A DNA stretch of 64,000 nucleotides from Penicillus capitatus (taxonomy: Eukaryota > Plantae > Chlorophyta). The position numbers and the translations under genes are program-made. Position 1 is the stretch's first letter. Every line of letters begins with the position of its first letter. A model generated the notes under the pieces. That model was not told the origin of the DNA and ran no database searches. It worked only from the letters and a program-made list of their open reading frames with translations. Location of the stretch: contig OZ287694.1 in NCBI GenBank assembly GCA_965649825.1, positions 2,011,292 to 2,075,291 on the forward strand. The letters run 5' to 3'. This document shows, in pieces, positions 58,956 to 64,000 of the stretch.

Positions 58956-60923
58956 AGAAAATGCCTATGCAATTCTTGATGATGTGACATAAGGGAAAAG
59001 AACATTCAAGACAACTTCATTGCCGTAAGAGTATATATACAATCCTTGCAACCTTTGAACACCATTGTAAGATTCTTCCATATTTCTTGTCTCATTGCAC
59101 CGTTTTAGAAACTATACAGATACATGAAATTGATGCTGTGGGCTCCTGCAGACAATGTTGAAACGATGACTAATCATGGCATTTATAGTCATTGGATCAA
59201 CGACTTATTAGTCGCCCTTCCTGATCAGGAGGTATTTAAGAGGGGCGTGAACAGAGAAGGACTCTCTTTTGTAAGCAATCTGTTGCTTAAAACATCTGAG
59301 TAATGACAGATGCCATGCCTCCTTCTTTCCGACGACGAGTTAGATACAAAGTGTCACCGCTTTTGCTACCTTTGTGTACTCTTTGATTCGTAAATCACGG
59401 GTGATCAATCGATGTTGAATACTTCATCCTTCGGCGAAAATGGCGTCGCGCTGACCGCTGCTGACTTGAGAGGAGATTGTGTCTTTGAATGACATCCGCA
59501 CTCTTACCATCTCATTTATCATCTTATGCGGTTTCCCGACAAACACCACGATGAAACCGGCGAACATCCTTGTTGCCAAAAAGAAACATCCTTACTAGCG
59601 CTGCGTTCATGGACAGGATCGATTTATTGTCTGTCGAAATAAGGCGCTAACATGAGAGAACGTTGATGGGACGTCGCTGTAGTGAACGACATCTTTTCTT
59701 GCTTCGTGATTGTCGCGTCTTTGGTCGTGTGACGCAACCGTCATGGCTGAGTAGCTCTGAGTTGGGATGAGTCGCGATGACTAGGAGTGAGATCCTATAA
59801 AGTTCGTGTCGAAGTTCCGTAGAAAATTTTAGAATCTCGTTGGAACTCGCTCTTGAACTTCATGTGTTTTCCTGTCGTCACATCAGGGACCGAGTATATA
59901 AGCGAGGCTTGGACACATAAATCATCTTTCGCTTGACATCTAACTTTATACTTGTGTCTGTGAATCGAATACAATCTGTTTCTGTTTGTCAAAACACTCG
60001 CTGTCTATCGTCATTTGTAACCAATTGTCTCTTCGCTGCAAAACTGCTGGTATGGCCTCCGAACTCTCGCCCATCCTCATCTAACTTCAAGATTTCCGCT
60101 GCGCTTGTGAGATGAGCCAACACGAGGACGACTGCGATAACAATGCTTCTCCTCCACTCCCCGGCCAAGGCGGCGAGGGAGAAATACGCGTCGTCCATGC
60201 CGAGGACGTCGTGCGGGAGTTGGAGGGTCAAGGGACCGGAGGGAGTTCTTCACAGTGTCCAATAGCATCTACAGTGGTATCATCTGTGGGACTTGCGAAG
60301 AAGTTACTAACTCTTGTGCGAGGGTCGCCGAATGTAAACGACTGACGCCAAGGAACGTACCGTTTTCAAAGACAGAGGATCTGAGGCATAGTGCGATTTA
60401 GCTCAGAGATGATTCACAGACGTGCCCCGTAGTCAAACAAAAGTGTGGGTGTGGACCTTACACTTTAGCTTCTTCAAGAAATGAAGGAACGTCACATCGT
60501 TTGGCAGATGCAGATGAATGCTCGGAAAGCAAAGAGAAAACATAAAAATGATGATAGCTAGACTGACGTGACAGCTGAAACAGACTTGCGAGCATCTTCC
60601 ATCGAGGCTCGAGATATCGGAGTCCGACTGCATATCACTTCTAGACGACACGGAACTCAGCCGACCATCTGAAATCTGAGTGCCGAACGCGTGGCGTTGG
60701 AGCGCCGGTGGATGTCACCTTATCAGCTGTCGTTATCTTCGGAGAGCTATCCGCATCGTTCACTCAGTGCCGTCGCCCACTCTTCTTTGCGCTGCCGTCG
60801 GCGCGTCGCCATTCTCGCTCACACGAAGCGGAGAGACGCAGAAACAAGATACCGATAGAGTGGTAGATCAACTCCTCTCGATACATCCGTTCGAGTTCGA
60901 CTCGACGAGAAATCTTGTTGGGG

Positions 60924-63271
60924 TTAGAAGATCTTGGCGACGACTCCGGTGTACGGCTGCATGCACACGGGACAGCGATGGGGTTCCTGTTCGTGAACTT
61001 TGATCACGCATTCCTCACAGGCGAATAGGTGCACCCTGGAGACACGTTCAGTGGTGGAGTGGGATATCGGACATCGATTGACCTTACATCTCGCCGTGGT
61101 AGAAGCCAGACGTCTGCGGCCGGTCGCGGCAGATGATGCAAGGAACGTCGCGACTTATGAACTGGAAGAATATACTCGAATGCGAGGCAGGGGGTCAAGG
61201 CACAGACGGAGCTTACGCCGTCATCCACGAGACGTCCTCTGGTATCAGATGATGCGTCGTCTCTGCGAACGTCGTCGAGCTCCTGCTGGACCTTCTCACC
61301 ATCCGCCGCTTCGTTGTCCCCGGTCCGTCGAACAAGGATGACGTTACCAGACGTCACATCACTCTGAGCGGCTTCTGTCCGGCATCTGTCGAACGAAGAA
61401 GGGTGCTCACTTCTGCCACTGTCTTCTGAAAGTCGTCGATCGGCGTGGCGCGATCTGTGGAATTCACAAGGAAGAAGGAACATCTCCACTGCTCAAGCCT
61501 TCGGTCCAGGCGGCAGAGTTCAGCGAAGCAGACCGAATGCAGCTTCGACTCCCCGTCTCTCAGGACGCTTCCTAGGTACTCGACTTTGTTCTCGGCCGGA
61601 TCCATCACCGCGCAAAAAAGGAGAACAGTGCCGCGAGAAGGATTCGACAGCAGGTCACACTTGGCCGGTCGCAGATAGAAGGTGACGACCGGGTGATGAT
61701 CTCTCGGACTCTTGTACGTGCCCAGCTCACAGAGACGAAAGTCGAGATCCTCCAAGGCACTGACGGGTATCGCTGTAGAGAGCTCGCCGTTGCGCTTCTG
61801 GAGGCACAGCCACAGCGTCGTCGAGAAAAGATCCGCCCCCGAATCGCTCAGGATCTGCATCCATCCTCCGTCCACCGGCATCAAGTAGACAGGCGCAGAC
61901 ATACCGTCTCTCTCACAGTCTTGAGGGACATGTTTGCAGGAGACAGGTAGACTTGGCTCCCTGGTACGTCACACACGTCGACCGAACCGCGCTTCGTCAC
62001 ACTCTCTCGGATGCGTTTGTCTGTCAGGACCTCGACGGCAACACGCGGAGTTTCCAGTAGGCACACAGGTGCTCTCGCGGAAACAGGGCGCGCTCCGGGT
62101 CGCCCGAGACGCAGCCCAAACTTCAACCAGCCGTCCGTCACGAAACCGCTATCTGTACTGCCTTGGGAGCAGCGTGGCAGCAAGAACAGAAACCGAATCA
62201 CACGCTCGGAACTTCGACTCCCTGCACACACAACATTACTCCATCTTACTGCCCCTCCGCTTACGATCCCTCAGGTGGATCGTTGGTTTGACGCCAGCGA
62301 TCAAGCGTCCCTCACATTTCAGGTAGCTCCTCTCTGGAGAGGACGGATGGATAAGCAGCACGCGGCACTCTACCGGAACAGAATCGCCGGACGACAGATC
62401 GAGAACATCTAACTCGATGTCACTGCCTCCATTCCCGTGCAACCAAATTCCCCTGTGTACACTCCTAGCGCATCGTCCCGGAGCACATAGGGTGGATACC
62501 ATTGCTTTCCGTCGAAGTCAAAAGTGTCCGTCCAAAACGGCGCGTTACCCGGTCGAGGCCGCACTCTCCACTGAACGAAACCAAAGTCAGAAGAACGCGT
62601 GTTACGTACAGACCACTCGTGTACCACGCAGCAGATGTCATCACCGCCCTCGCAGACAGTGAAGTCCGCCTCGATGGACGGATACAGTGCGAGTCGGAAA
62701 TGGATGGAGATGTATCCGAGATGCGATGCTCGCCATTGGCTCGAATGGAGCGTCCCTCCATAGCGTCCGTTCTGCTCAAGTGAGCTAGATGGACCTGAAC
62801 CCTATGTCGGTTGAATAGGGGAATGCGCCCGTGGCCATCGTGACCTGGAATGGAGACGAGATTCGTCATCGACCAGCAGCATCGAAGCGATGTTCTTGCG
62901 GCGACGGGACTGCACAGGTGCCAAACTGCTTCGAGGCTTCTGTCCTCCCGGGCCGTCACACAAGCCCTCCTGTACGTCGCTTCAGACACCACACGTTATT
63001 GCGGCTGTTTCACCAATTGTGTCCCAGGAACGCGATCTCTCTCGTTTCGAGCTGTTCCCCTGGTCGCTTCAGGAGACCCTCATGCACGTCGATCTGTCGC
63101 GACGAAGTCGGAGACGGAAATGTAGAAGGTTGAAAGTACGGAGAGTCGGGCGGTGTGTCCAGCGACGTTGGGTTTGCAGATTCGGTACTCGATGCCGTTC
63201 CACTGGCCGCGCTCTTCGAACACGACATCTCGGCTGTCGTCGTTATGCCGTCCGAAGCAACGCACCGGCAT
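60924..63271 (-). CDS. Putative E3 ligase: MATH, MATH, PH-like domain and C-terminal MDM2-type (C2H2C4) RING; start uncertain
   Basis: LETREIAFLGHNW| and VHEWSVRN...TDTFDFDGKQW|GIWL...GFVTDGWLKFGLRL (MATH motifs); beta-rich ORF 61354-61902. Removing a 52-nt intron (61087-61036) gives CIICRDRPQTSGFYHGEMVHLFACEECVIKVHEQEPHRCPVCMQPYTGVVAKIF*. Confidence 0.8.
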
Positions 63272-64000
63272 CGAAGGTCATTTCGTTCACCGGCTGTTGA
63301 CAATCTGACACTCGGTAAAGAGAGACGCGTGTGTCGCGCGCAGACGCAAGAGCAAGCATTCAGGCTGCTGCGACTGTGGACTGAATGTTCGTACTCGAGC
63401 AAACGAAACGATGATGTGACGTTGTCATCATCGACATGCCTCTTAATGTGTAATGACTGACTCCTCTAATACTAAAGGGCGGCGAGATCTCGATTCTCTC
63501 TCCATCTGGAACGCAAGCTCGCAGAGGTCTTGAGCAGCAAAAGGGGAAGGCGGAGTTTTCGTGGCGGCATCACAGGGGTACACGATTTGGACTACTCTCG
63601 CGTTAAATTACCCTCACAAATGTGTCGTTCCTTTGTTTCATTCCCAGGAGACGTTGGTGGAAAATTGTGTGTTGCTCAATCATTTGATAATGAAGGATTT
63701 AGCAAACAATGAAATGATTGGGTACTAGAAATCCCACTGAGAAACTCATCTGAGCCACCATCCATAGGGCAAGATCGGACATGTCAGCGGCAGCTTCCCG
63801 TTAGACGTGCCTCTTAGTAAAGAAAAAACAAAAAGAGAGGGGAGATGTCGTCGCAAAGCAGGTTTGTGTGTATGCTGAACAGTCGCTTATGGCAGAGAAG
63901 GCTCAGGGGCCGGCGAGTTTCTGAAGGATCTGGTTAACATCGGTTCTCATCGCGCCCATGGTCTCTTCTACTTTGCGCATTCTGTCGAACATCGCTGCCA

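Noticed and set aside
63030-63100. Possible 28-nt intron restoring the first MATH strand of the RING gene
   Set aside because: Alternative longer introns fit equally well; this cannot be resolved without cDNA.
1-64000. Non-canonical genetic code (TAA/TAG=Gln, as in some ulvophytes)
   Set aside because: Long ORFs (1908, 601, 521 aa) are open under the standard code, and conserved genes end at TAA or TAG (e.g. RING TAA, kinase TAG).

Overview
Eukaryotic nuclear DNA with short GT-AG introns (mostly 45-60 nt) and the standard genetic code. A green alga is plausible, but that is inference only. I found no rRNA, tRNA or CRISPR array. From left to right the window holds: a decayed short-LTR Ty3/Gypsy element (248-3433); five genes sharing an uncharacterised ~180-aa C-terminal domain ('module B'); a KCBP-like FERM gene; a Ser/Thr kinase; a large beta-helix/Cys-rich/multi-TM gene; a multi-MATH gene; two tandem TRP-like channel genes; a 1908-aa NACHT NTPase with ~18 HEAT repeats (NLR-like); and a MATH-MATH-(PH-like)-MDM2-type RING gene. 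The main observation is a modular gene family. The ~500-aa helical N-terminal exon of the NACHT protein ('module A') also occurs in two NACHT-less genes (3722-5990 minus, 14281-16507 plus), where it is spliced in phase 0 to module B. Module B is also spliced in phase 0 to a probable pseudokinase (25230-27112) and to a kinase remnant (18425-19669). This looks like an exon-shuffled NLR plus adaptor/decoy plus pseudokinase network. The homologies and intron phases were read directly from the sequence; the immune function is inference. All gene models were built by eye and need RNA-seq confirmation.
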